DNA from: TPA_inf: Saccharomyces
Taxonomy: Eukaryota
NCBI GenBank assembly: GCA_000146045.2
Contig: BK006949.2
Location: 1 to 64,000 of the forward strand
Reading direction: 5' to 3'
DNA: 64,000 nt
The stretch's first letter is position 1. Each line of letters begins with the position of its first letter. The position numbers and the translations under genes are program-made. Shown piece after piece: positions 11,887 to 22,937 of the stretch. The notes below the pieces were generated by a model, which did no database searches, was not told the DNA's origin, and saw nothing but the letters and a program-made list of their open reading frames with translations.

Positions 11887-12600
11887 ATGACTCCAAAAAG
11901 AGCGCTAATATCTCTTACTTCATACCACGGTCCCTTCTATAAAGATGGTGCGAAAACAGGCGTTTTTGTAGTTGAGATTTTGCGGTCGTTCGATACTTTC
12001 GAAAAGCATGGTTTCGAAGTGGACTTCGTTTCTGAGACTGGTGGATTTGGCTGGGATGAACATTACTTGCCAAAGAGCTTTATTGGTGGCGAAGATAAGA
12101 TGAACTTTGAAACGAAAAATTCCGCCTTCAATAAGGCGTTAGCGAGGATCAAGACCGCAAATGAAGTCAACGCCAGCGACTATAAAATATTCTTTGCATC
12201 TGCTGGACATGGTGCTCTATTTGACTATCCCAAAGCTAAAAATCTGCAAGATATTGCATCCAAGATATATGCCAATGGGGGTGTGATCGCTGCCATCTGT
12301 CATGGACCGCTCCTTTTCGATGGATTAATAGATATCAAAACAACAAGACCATTAATCGAAGGCAAAGCTATAACAGGTTTCCCACTCGAGGGTGAAATCG
12401 CCCTGGGAGTTGACGACATCTTGAGGAGCAGAAAATTGACAACGGTTGAACGCGTTGCAAACAAGAATGGAGCCAAGTACTTGGCGCCAATCCATCCCTG
12501 GGATGACTACTCTATTACAGATGGAAAGCTAGTTACGGGTGTTAACGCAAATTCTTCCTATTCGACCACAATTAGAGCTATAAACGCATTATATAGCTGA
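11887..12600 (+). CDS. HSP32: DJ-1/PfpI family protein, Hsp31 paralog (glyoxalase/chaperone-like), 237 aa
   Basis: The protein carries the conserved AICHGP active-site region and is the HSP32/HSP33/SNO4 sequence. Confidence 0.9.
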   Translation: MTPKRALISLTSYHGPFYKDGAKTGVFVVEILRSFDTFEKHGFEVDFVSETGGFGWDEHYLPKSFIGGEDKMNFETKNSAFNKALARIKTANEVNASDYKIFFASAGHGALFDYPKAKNLQDIASKIYANGGVIAAICHGPLLFDGLIDIKTTRPLIEGKAITGFPLEGEIALGVDDILRSRKLTTVERVANKNGAKYLAPIHPWDDYSITDGKLVTGVNANSSYSTTIRAINALYS

Positions 12601-13227
12601 AACAAAAGACAAGGGAATTGTTGAAGGGGAGGCTTCTAATGGCTTTCAGTTTCTGTGAAGAGAAGGCTAACAGCTCAATGGTTCGAAAGGTAAAGAAAAC
12701 GGCAGGTCGGTAGCACTCGATTTTGCTAGAATGGAAATCATATAGAGAACAATTGAATAGTAGGCCTTGGTTTTTAGTGTTGTACTCATCATGGTCATAT
12801 GTGACATAGGTAATGTACATATATATATAAAAAAAAAAAAAGCAATGCTGTGAGATCATTCGTTACTTACGAAATACGCAGATTGCAATTTGAAATAAGC
12901 TGTGTTTTCTTTTTTTTCCTTTTTTTTTCTTTTTTTTGGCTTGTTATATACAACTTTTTTCTATTTCTGTTCTTTTTAGAAGTAATTAATTGGTACATAG
13001 GAAATAAATATGAATTATATTAAATGAAGTAAAAGTAAAAGAAAACGGGGAAATTTATCGTTTTGTAGTAAATAGATGATGGAACGCATTCATAAAATCT
13101 CACAAAATATTACAATAAACCGCAGTAGTCGGTAAAAATGTATTATACAACGTCTAAAATCTTGAAAATGAATTAAAAAAAAAAAAAGGTGGGATGATTG
13201 TGCAGGAAAAGGTATGAAGAAAAGATC

Positions 13228-14355
13228 CTAACAAATCGGGTTAGTCAATCCTCTAGTCCAAGCATAGGATCCGAGAGTTATCACCAATAAGCAATATGAA
13301 ATTCCAATCGAAACAGTATAATAAATAAGCATGTTAATAAATGATAGCTTATACCCTTCATTGATAAACGTGCTAATGGTACTCAAAGTGCCGCAAAATC
13401 CGGATATTAACGCAGAAACAATATGGCATGAATTCAACGAGTTCACAATTGGAATATCCGTGGAAAAGTGTTTTTTACCACGTTGCACCATGGTAAATAT
13501 GCCAATCAATAAAGTGGCGAAAACGTTTGCCAAGAAAGTACCCAATGGAAACTTTTTGTTTGTTTTATTAAACATTTCTGCCAACCAATATCTTAGGAAA
13601 CCAGCGAAAATTCCAAATAGACATGGTAGTGTCCACTTGCCCCTCGAATAGTTCTCATAATACGCACACAGCACCACAAACAAAATAATTAATGGAAAAG
13701 CTAGTGCGTACGCGAGTTTATCCACAACATCAAAAAATTTCTTAAAAAATGGTGCTGGAGTTTTGAATTTAAACTCTAGAATATTTTTTTCCATTTCTTG
13801 TGTATCAACATCACCAGCATTTTCCTTTACAGTGTCTGAGGGAGGGGTATATGGCTTCGAAAACGAACTAGATCCATAAGCAACAATAACCTCCTTACCA
13901 AGTTGCCTACCGAAAATAAGACTACCCATGGAAACCATAAGATGAACGAGCAAGACAGATAAAAACTCCATTATACCGTAAGCTCTGTTCGGCAGTTTTG
14001 TGTGGTTAGCGATATTACCGTTAGTTAAGTTTGTAGAGTGTTCGAACATCTCTAGCAGCATACTAGAAAAGGAAGACAGGGCACCACAGTACCCAGTAGT
14101 TACACCTAAAAACAAGACTTGGTGATCTTTCATCCAAGTGTAAGCATTTAAAGATTGCATAATCCCCATTAGCATGCAGGATGAACAATTAGACCAGAGA
14201 ACGGTCGGAGCAGTAACGAAGGCCGGAGTGTAGGTGGAAAGCGCCGTTATAGCCTGACGTGTTTCAGTACCTAATATGCAGAACGTGGTGAATGTACAAA
14301 AAACATGAATATAATGGCTCAACTTGTGATTTGATATGACCGGATTGAAAATCAT
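13228..14355 (-). CDS. FEX2: Fluoride export channel (CrcB/Fluc tandem-repeat family), 375 aa
   Basis: Multi-pass membrane protein with the FEX1/FEX2 sequence and a duplicated CrcB-like domain architecture. Confidence 0.9.
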   Translation of the reverse strand: MIFNPVISNHKLSHYIHVFCTFTTFCILGTETRQAITALSTYTPAFVTAPTVLWSNCSSCMLMGIMQSLNAYTWMKDHQVLFLGVTTGYCGALSSFSSMLLEMFEHSTNLTNGNIANHTKLPNRAYGIMEFLSVLLVHLMVSMGSLIFGRQLGKEVIVAYGSSSFSKPYTPPSDTVKENAGDVDTQEMEKNILEFKFKTPAPFFKKFFDVVDKLAYALAFPLIILFVVLCAYYENYSRGKWTLPCLFGIFAGFLRYWLAEMFNKTNKKFPLGTFLANVFATLLIGIFTMVQRGKKHFSTDIPIVNSLNSCHIVSALISGFCGTLSTISTFINEGYKLSFINMLIYYTVSIGISYCLLVITLGSYAWTRGLTNPIC

Positions 14356-15052
14356 CAGAGCATTACACGCTCGATTAAATAATTAAATAACTGCAGATTC
14401 TTGAGCCACCAGACGCTAAATAATAATGGCGGCAATAAATATAATCCTTTAGTACTTATTTCAGTTGTTTTTTGTTTTATTTTTTCCGTATCTCTTCCGT
14501 ATCTCTTCCATCATTGCGTCAAAAGTGATTTACACTGCTACATGAATCGCGCCACTTTATGTCAGTGAATCTTTCATACATCGCAACTCCTCACTGACAG
14601 TGACTCTAGCAGAGTCACCATCTTTTCGATATACCCATCAAAGTGCACGATTCTCCTCCCCTGTTAGACAATCGTAACGTAATATCGACATGTATTCGTA
14701 GCACCGCTGCCAAATAATTTTCAGATCGTTCATTGTACATGAACCAAGCGCTGTTGCTTTACTTTATGATATTGCTGCTGAGCTCCCTTGTCTTTCATAC
14801 GACGTTTTATCTTGATTTCATATCTTTTTTTTTTGGTAAAATAGAAAATACTCAACAGATATCTGATATGTATATAAACACTAAATAAAGAAAATCTTAA
14901 ATCTTGCTGGCATGACTGTCGCTGTGTCTCAAATCTCTTAGTAATTCATAGATGTGTATCACCCCAAATCTCAAAAACTTCATAATTATTATTGGATTAT
15001 CTAGAAATCATACCCTTCATACTGTCCCACAATGGCCTGCTCACATGAGGCG

Positions 15053-15355
15053 CTAATGATTACGATTAACCATCAAATCATTTATATTGATACACTGTAG
15101 TTTACTGTTAATAACCAACCTTTGTCGAGATTCATCAAAGTGGGTTCCAAATCCCTCATTGTGGGAACCTGGTTCAGTCATACCCATTGGAGATGGGCCC
15201 CAGGAAGGAGTGTAACAAACTTCATCCCAATTGCATTGCCTCTCACAACGGTAATTTAGTTCAATCCACCCTAGAGATTCAATTAAACCATCGATAGTGG
15301 AGCGAGCCGTTTCGACATTCTTTATTAAGTCGCTGGAAGTTGTGTTATCTGTCAT
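15053..15355 (-). CDS. C-terminal 100-aa fragment of the same disrupted gene, in another frame
   Basis: The ORF 15053..15487 overlaps the 3' end of the 487-aa ORF in another frame. The 100 aa from MTDNTTSSDL continue the homologous protein, matching YPL278C. Confidence 0.55.
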   Translation of the reverse strand: MTDNTTSSDLIKNVETARSTIDGLIESLGWIELNYRCERQCNWDEVCYTPSWGPSPMGMTEPGSHNEGFGTHFDESRQRLVINSKLQCININDLMVNRNH

Positions 15356-15404
15356 AAAAGAGTAGACTTCGGGTATCAATAAATCATTCACTTTATAAAT
15401 GACA

Positions 15405-16868
15405 TCAACAATTTCTCCGACAACGCTGACAGCAGATGACCAAATCAAAAAGTCTGCATCCGTTTTTAAGGCCTGGTATGGGCTCACATATTGGTAGACA
15501 AAAGTTCAATGTGAGTGCTGTTGCATTGATGGCAATTGACTCATTAATATCACCATCGCTGTTCAGTATGTTACTAACAGATTTTAGTAATGGAGCAAAT
15601 TTAAGGACAAGCTCATCAAATGCTAACTGCCAATCCATACTTTGCGTGGCATCAAATCCGACTTCCAGCGCCTTTTCTAAGTCATCTACCATGTCCAATT
15701 GCTTTTCCCATGTCATTCCTTCATCGAGTAATCTTCTGTTGTTAGGATCAGGAGCAATGTACGTCCTGTTTATCCCGCTCACTAGGTACCTATAGTCGAT
15801 ATGGATTCGATGCTCCCCGTTGTCATGCGCTGCACCCGCTCTCAACTGATTGAAGCTTTTAACTGCGTTGAAATTAGAAAAAGCCTTCTCCCAACCATCT
15901 TCTCTTTCCAGAATCGCCTTTTGGTCATCTGTTAGCTGATCTTCAACTAGGCTTCCATTTTCATCCAGAGGCCAACCTTCTTCCTTCGATATTACGGTAG
16001 GTGCTGGTAAGCCTAGGTACTGGTTAGGCTGGACCATTTCTAACATTGAAACAAGTTCGACGTTATCAGCCGAAAAATCACACAAAACGACCTCAAAGCC
16101 AACCTCTACCCTGATAATTCCGTCAAGCCCGAATGGCTTCCCCCATTTGCATATTCTAGCAGCGTAGAGTCGTTCGGCCATTCGTTCGTTTTCACCATCA
16201 TCTGTAAGGTTCAATTTCTCTTTAATAACATTTGACAACATTAGCTGCGTGTCCATCTCTCCTGAGTCAGTTTTCGCAGCAGAAGCCCCATCAAGATAGA
16301 GAAATTTGTTGAGGTCCCGTGCTGCTCTATAAGTAAGCATTTTTTGTGAACCCCGACCTTTTTCGTCTGGTGGTGGTGGTGGTGGTGGTGGCCCTTTTGG
16401 ATGATCACCGTTGGTGCCATTGCCGAACCTCCCATGCCTTCTTTCCAAAGATTTTCTCCCATAGGATGGTGACCTCAAGCCGAAAGAGTAGCTGAATTCA
16501 TGGTCCATAGCTAGCCATTCGAAGGTAGTTGGCACTTTTGATCCGGCATGGTACATTAAAGTTCCTTTGGGAATTACAGCGGGAAAATAAGATACTCCGA
16601 CAGGATGTATATCCGATGGAGACTGTCTTAAAGCAGCCCGAATGGAATTAAAGATAGCCGTACTGTTATCAAAATCAATGTCTCTGACGAACTCATGGTA
16701 ATTATCCCATCGTATAGAAGGTAAGTCTGTGCTTTTAATTGCAGATTGATTGTGTGGTAGGGCAGTTGATACTATGCCGTAAGATCCAGATAACTTCCAA
16801 CAGAAACCAAGCAGTACAATGAGTAGTACGCCTATGATGGCTGAGATACCTTGACGATGGAATCGCAT
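15405..16868 (-). CDS. N-terminal 487-aa fragment of a YOR389W-type secreted/membrane protein of unknown function, ending at the frameshift
   Basis: N-terminal signal/TM segment, then a poly-Pro run (8 P) encoded by (CCA)8. The ORF stops at 15405 while the next reading frame continues the protein, giving YPL277C-like coordinates. Confidence 0.8.
   Translation of the reverse strand: MRFHRQGISAIIGVLLIVLLGFCWKLSGSYGIVSTALPHNQSAIKSTDLPSIRWDNYHEFVRDIDFDNSTAIFNSIRAALRQSPSDIHPVGVSYFPAVIPKGTLMYHAGSKVPTTFEWLAMDHEFSYSFGLRSPSYGRKSLERRHGRFGNGTNGDHPKGPPPPPPPPDEKGRGSQKMLTYRAARDLNKFLYLDGASAAKTDSGEMDTQLMLSNVIKEKLNLTDDGENERMAERLYAARICKWGKPFGLDGIIRVEVGFEVVLCDFSADNVELVSMLEMVQPNQYLGLPAPTVISKEEGWPLDENGSLVEDQLTDDQKAILEREDGWEKAFSNFNAVKSFNQLRAGAAHDNGEHRIHIDYRYLVSGINRTYIAPDPNNRRLLDEGMTWEKQLDMVDDLEKALEVGFDATQSMDWQLAFDELVLKFAPLLKSVSNILNSDGDINESIAINATALTLNFCLPICEPIPGLKNGCRLFDLVICCQRCRRNC
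16366..16389. repeat. (TGG)8 trinucleotide microsatellite encoding Pro8 in YPL277C
   Basis: tggtggtggtggtggtggtggtgg at 16366..16389. The opposite frame reads HHHHHHH. Confidence 0.9.
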
Positions 16869-17947
16869 TCTCTATCTAAACAGTGGTCAATGGATTCTTC
16901 GAGAGCTAAGACCATAGATTTCTTAAAAGAATTTTTTTTTTTTTTTCTGTCCTCCTAATATCTTTTATCTTTAATACTGTAGGGGCGCAAGTTTCTTTTT
17001 TTTTTTTTTTTTATGTTGCGTTTAGTTTTTCTCTTGGCAAAAGTTTTTCGCACCCCGATCTTTTTTTGCATACGTAGTTCACTGCCGCTGCTTACGGCAG
17101 CGTTTCACTTTGTTTGGAGAACGGTTGTTAACTTGTATTTGATATGGTGTCGAGACAATGTCATTGCAAGTTATATAAACATTGTAATACATCACCTCGA
17201 TGAAAGAGAAACTGGAATGATAGATCTCTTTTTCTCAAAATTTCGTTAATATGTAATAATAAGGTTCCTGATGTAATTTGTTTTTGTACAAATTATTTTA
17301 GATTCTGGAGGTTCAAATAAAATATATATTACAGCCAACGATTAGGGGGGACAAGACTTGATTACACATTTTTCGTTGGTAACTTGACTCTTTTATGAAA
17401 AGAAAACATTAAGTTGAAGGTGCACGCTTGAGGCGCTCCTTTTTCATGGTGCTTAGCAGCAGATGAAAGTGTCAGAAGTTACCTATTTTGTCACCATTTG
17501 AGAATAAGCTTGAAAGAAAGTTGTAACCCCAACTTTTCTATCTTGCACTTGTTTGGACCAACAGCCAAACGGCTTATCCCTTTTCTTTTCCCTTATAATC
17601 GGGAATTTCCTTACTAGGAAGGCACCGATACTATAACTCCGAATGAAAAAGACATGCCAGTAATAAAAATAATTGATGTTATGCGGAATATACTATTCTT
17701 GGATTATTCACTGTTAACTAAAAGTTGGAGAAATCACTCTGCACTGTCAATCATTGAAAAAAAGAACATATAAAAGGGCACAAAATCGAGTCTTTTTTAA
17801 TGAGTTCTTGCTGAGGAAAATTTAGTTAATATATCATTTACATAAAACATGCATATTATTGTGTTGTACTTTCTTTATTCATTTTAAGCAGGAATAATTA
17901 CAAGTATTGCAACGCTAATCAAATCGAAATAACAGCTGAAAATTAAT

Positions 17948-18385
17948 ATGTCGAAGGGAAAGGTTTTGCTGGTTCTTTATGAAGGTGGTAAGCATGCTGA
18001 AGAGCAGGAAAAGTTATTGGGGTGTATTGAAAATGAACTTGGTATCAGAAATTTCATTGAAGAACAGGGATACGAGTTGGTTACTACCATTGACAAGGAC
18101 CCTGAGCCAACCTCAACGGTAGACAGGGAGTTGAAAGACGCTGAAATTGTCATTACTACGCCCTTTTTCCCCGCCTACATCTCGAGAAACAGGATTGCAG
18201 AAGCTCCTAACCTGAAGCTCTGTGTAACCGCTGGCGTCGGTTCAGACCATGTCGATTTAGAAGCTGCAAATGAACGGAAAATCACGGTCACCGAAGTTAC
18301 TGGTTCTAACGTCGTTTCTGTCGCAGAGCACGTTATGGCCACAATTTTGGTTTTGATAAGAAACTATAATGGTGGTCATCAATAA
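17948..18385 (+). CDS. FDH N-terminal fragment (145 aa, YPL276W-type)
   Basis: The protein [36 protein letters not shown]...NYNGGHQ then stops. Confidence 0.8.
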
Positions 18386-19079
18386 GCAATTAATGGTGAG
18401 TGGGATATTGCCGGCGTGGCTAAAAAATGAGTATGATCTGGAAGACAAAATAATTTCAACGGTAGGTGCCGGTAGAATTGGATATAGGGTTCTGGAAAGA
18501 TTGGTCGCATTTAATCCGAAGAAGTTACTGTACTACGACTACCAGGAACTACCTGCGGAAGCAATCAATAGATTGAACGAGGCCAGCAAGCTTTTCAATG
18601 GCAGAGGTGATATTGTTCAGAGAGTAGAGAAATTGGAGGATATGGTTGCTCAGTCAGATGTTGTTACCATCAACTGTCCATTGCACAAGGACTCAAGGGG
18701 TTTATTCAATAAAAAGCTTATTTCCCACATGAAAGATGGTGCATACTTGGTGAATACCGCTAGAGGTGCTATTTGTGTCGCAGAAGATGTTGCCGAGGCA
18801 GTCAAGTCTGGTAAATTGGCTGGCTATGGTGGTGATGTCTGGGATAAGCAACCAGCACCAAAAGACCATCCCTGGAGGACTATGGACAATAAGGACCACG
18901 TGGGAAACGCAATGACTGTTCATATCAGTGGCACATCTCTGCATGCTCAAAAGAGGTACGCTCAGGGAGTAAAGAACATCCTAAATAGTTACTTTTCCAA
19001 AAAGTTTGATTACCGTCCACAGGATATTATTGTGCAGAATGGTTCTTATGCCACCAGAGCTTATGGACAGAAGAAATAA
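18369..19079 (+). CDS. FDH C-terminal fragment (236 aa, YPL275W-type)
   Basis: After about 17 out-of-frame residues the protein matches the FDH C-terminus (NAD-binding GAGRIGYRV ... [11 protein letters not shown]). Confidence 0.8.
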
Positions 19080-22000
19080 GAGTGATTATGAGTATTTGTG
19101 AGCAGAAGTTTTCCGGTCTCCTTTTGTTCTTGTTTTGGCGTATTCTCCACTATTCGTCCATAGCACATTTATACCTTAGCTAAATATTTTGTAAAGCAAA
19201 ATTTTCGTTATCTCTTAAAAAATAGAAGAGCGGTTTATTAATATCAAATAATTGAAACTGCTGATATGGTAGCTATATACAAAATCTGCTGTCAAAATTT
19301 GGCAGTAAACGATCTTCACGGTAGCGGTTCAAATAAAGAGGAAAAGTCCTTCTCCCTTACTGTTTTTCTGGAATTTGGCTCGTCGTTAATAACAGAACTA
19401 AAGATACAGTAAAAGGAGAGATCGCAATCAACTTCATTAATTGTAACAGTAGCATAATCACAACTGGTTATCTGCGTTATAGACAATTCTTACTCACAAT
19501 GATGGGCGCTTAGTTGGCTGTAAACGTCGCTTTTTAAAACTCCGAAAAGTTACCGCTACAGAAAAAAACCATAAATGTATGCTAGTTGCGCAGAGAGGTT
19601 TAGGGTCCAAAATTTACTACCCTGTCGCTCACTACAGCGACTGTCCCGAATTAAGCCCGAAGAGACGCAGAACTGTTGTATGAACCTCATGAAACCACTG
19701 ATCTTGAAGATTTAGACCTTCAGAATCGTTTTCAATTAGAAGTATACAAGAAGTCTTTGTACAATAATGTCAAGACAGAGCTCTGAATTATAGTTCAGCC
19801 TTGTTATTTTTTTTTCCCTGGTTGCTAATTTGTATCTTGTCTAATGAAAATAATTTGAGGCAACGTAATGTTACCAATGTACAACTGTTTTTTTCCTCTC
19901 GTTAGCTTCGTTCTTGCTGTATTCACGAGCTTTTTTTTTTTGACTCTTCCCTAAATTCTTATATCAAGTGTAATTTTCAATAATATTTGATTCCAGTTTA
20001 GCGTACCTCGAGTTTTGCCTACCTAAAATGCAAATGCGATCTGCAAGAATTTCTATTGAAAGTACAACTTTAGTTCCAAATCTCCAATTTTTGATTGCTC
20101 AAAAGTAAATGATACTTTACCGTCCCTAGACTTCGGAGGGCCTAATATATTCTCAAGTATATTCAAATTTATGACGCCAGTAAAGGTAAATATATTATGA
20201 ATATAGAAGCCACAGACTTAGATGTTTGTATTAGGAGATGCTTTCCTTGTCGACGCATATGTTGTCTATGACATAGAAAACCCACGGACTTTCAATGCTC
20301 AGGCAAGTTTTAAAAATCGCGAAGAAGACATTAAAATAATATTTGATAAAGCCGCTGGTGCCATTTCGCTTCTGATGCTTTAGCTGATGGTTTACGCATC
20401 TAGTAGCCGAATTGGAACAGAATATTTCTCTGACATAGCCATGCCTATAGAGTCTACAACTTTTTGGCGTCTGTAAATATTCTTCTACAGCCCTGATGCA
20501 AGTGGAAGTTCTACTTGTTTGAATAGTTCAAGTTTCAATGAAAGGACCATCAAGAAGAAAAATTGGGAGTATAGACGCCGTCGATCAAATGTCTCCTTTC
20601 CATTATTATCTTCCTTATCTTATCTTCTTTCTATATGGTTTGCATAGCGGAAAAGACACACAGGCGGGAATTTTACAATTTAATAACCTCCTTTATACGT
20701 CCGCTTTTTTACATATATGTGTTATTCATTAGTTGTACGATACCCTTCATGTCTTTATTCACTGACCAATCTCTCCTCTAGGAAAGTTCAGGGGCACCGT
20801 CAATTGATAGAACAAAGCAAACACTATGAATACTTTCTTCTGGTACACATAACAATTGCTAGGGTCTGATTTCAAAATGATGGTGATGATAAAAATAAGT
20901 CCTGCTTCTTAAAGCTTTTGACATTACCGTGTACAAAATTATCAGACCATCTTCCTCTTTTCTGAGAATGAAATGAAAAATTTTGTAACTGACATAGCGG
21001 AGACAGTTTCACAAGTAATTTGGTGCTAACTGTTGTTTGACCTTTAGGAAATTTTCTAGTAAAAGGAAGAATTCATATGAAGATGGTAGTGTTTTAATGT
21101 GGGTGCTTTTGTTATGGGAGTGCTACAATGATAGGCCATTGTCAAAGTTTGGAAACAGTAGACTTCAATGGTAAATAAAGTTAAATTTAAGGCGATTCCG
21201 ATGAAATCTGTCTTTCAGAAGGTTTGTTATCTCTAATGCTAATCTTTAACATTTACGCCACTTGGAGTGGAATATACGTTCAAGTTCTTTTTGACATGCA
21301 TTCTGGTCTCGACCTACTAACTTCTTACGCTACTTTCTTGGATTGGATGCGTTGCTTCTAGTACCTCTTCCTGCAAAACTTGATCCTATAATTGGAACAG
21401 TTCTTGCACACCTTTCTTTTGATTGACGGTACAAAAATTTTAGCTTTCTCAGGAACTTCGGCGTTTTTGAGCAGATTCAGTTGCATTCTTCAGCAGTAAC
21501 ACGCTGGAGTTTTTACGAATGTAGGCAGTATAAAGCAGGATCATGAAGTATGGTGAACTGGATGTGCGCAGAAATCCGACAGAATACGTCAAAAATATTG
21601 TACGTGTCAAACTTCCCTTGTAAAGATTGTCGAGTTTATTTTGACACTATGGTGTTGGCACCCTCTGCTTTGTTTTTAGCTTACAATTGAGGAGAGATGC
21701 ATAAGCATATTTGTTTTTCTTACGCTGAGCAATAGACAGGAAAATAAATGGCGCTTACTACTCAACCCACTGTGTTAGAACCAAAAACAACACAGCTTCA
21801 AAAATGATACGTGCCATTTGATGGTAATACAGAGGCCGTAGTAGTGTTTCAATCAATAGAATACTAGAAATTGCAACACAGGTCAAAAAGAGAATAAAAA
21901 AATGTTAGGGGTTCATAGTTAAAAATATGATATGTTTTTGAGTTTGGGGAGAAAAGGCTGCTTTTGTTCCATAGTGCGTCTTTTAAAAATTTTCATCCTT

Positions 22001-22937
22001 GTTATTATCAAACTTTTTCCTGGGCGGTAACCTAGCTGAATAAGAACGATTTGGCTGCAATCGCCGAGAAAACAACCAAGCCAAGAATTCCCAAAAGGGA
22101 TATGCTTGCATCCGCATTGTTCCCTCGGTTCTACTAATAAGAAAGAGTAAGAGACAATGTTTAGCGCTATTAAGTTATGCTATGGTTACATCATTTTGGC
22201 GGACTGGATCATGTCTGTCGAGAAAAACTTGACCGATAATTCAACGAAGTATTGGTGCCTAAGCTTTGCATCATAATATCTTACAAGTTTTGCTGAGAAC
22301 AGATAGAGGCATAAATGAATGATTTACGTCTTATTTTTTGATAAGGAGGTATCGACGTCTGCCAGCTTAAGAATATGAAATCTGGCGCATGATTTCTTCA
22401 AAATAACTCAGATATTGTCAAGAACAGCCCACTATTGCTTGGAAGTGAAAATATACGCCAAAAGTGCATTTTACTTTCTACAATTCACCACAGTCTTCGA
22501 GATATATTTATCATTTAAATCACATGGACACCCACCGAACTGGTTACAAGCTATATTCGCATCACACAGAATGATGTGGCGTCTATGCTATACGGCGATG
22601 TTACTATATCATTAACCTCTCTTTTCGGTTCCGAGCGCTTTCGGCTCAAGAACTGGGGATGACTAAAAAAAAAGAACTGTGTACGTGATTTCTTTGTCCC
22701 CTGCGGTTGCATAGACATCGCTGTCGCACGGCAAGAGCGCACACAGTCATCAGTCTACAAAACCTAACTTTTCAAGAGCAACCAGTATAAATATTTTGAG
22801 CCATTGAGGGCATAAAGCGAAAGGCACATTTTCAAAATTGGTCTTAGGTTCATCTTCTGATGTTATGTCGAGAGCTCTGAAAACCAATTATTTTGAAAGC
22901 TAACATTTCAAAAGGCTATTTCTTCTGAAATATCAAG

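Larger units (their letters stand above)
17948..19079 (+). pseudogene. FDH2: Disabled NAD-dependent formate dehydrogenase (an FDH1 paralog split into two ORFs)
   Basis: The two ORFs 17948..18385 and 18369..19079 together match the full FDH1 sequence. A premature TAA falls at 18383-18385 (CAA to TAA at the ...NGGHQ|Q position). A 1-bp expansion of an A run near 18421-18427 (gctaaaaaatgag) then shifts the frame before KNEYDLE. Confidence 0.85.

Noticed and set aside
12578-12940. A10 / poly-T runs and a 93-aa ORF downstream of HSP32
   Set aside because: This is an AT-rich 3' intergenic region; the homopolymers are typical terminator or nucleosome-free sequence with no coding signal.
13331-13651. 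106-aa ORF antisense to FEX2
   Set aside because: It lies inside a conserved membrane-protein CDS and is a chance ORF.
15436-15795. 119-aa plus-strand ORF over the YPL277C/YPL278C junction
   Set aside because: It is antisense to the disrupted gene; its Ser-rich, low-information product has no motifs.
16241-16462. 73-aa ORF with an HHHHHHH run
   Set aside because: It is an alternate frame of the (TGG)8 microsatellite inside YPL277C, not a His-tagged gene.
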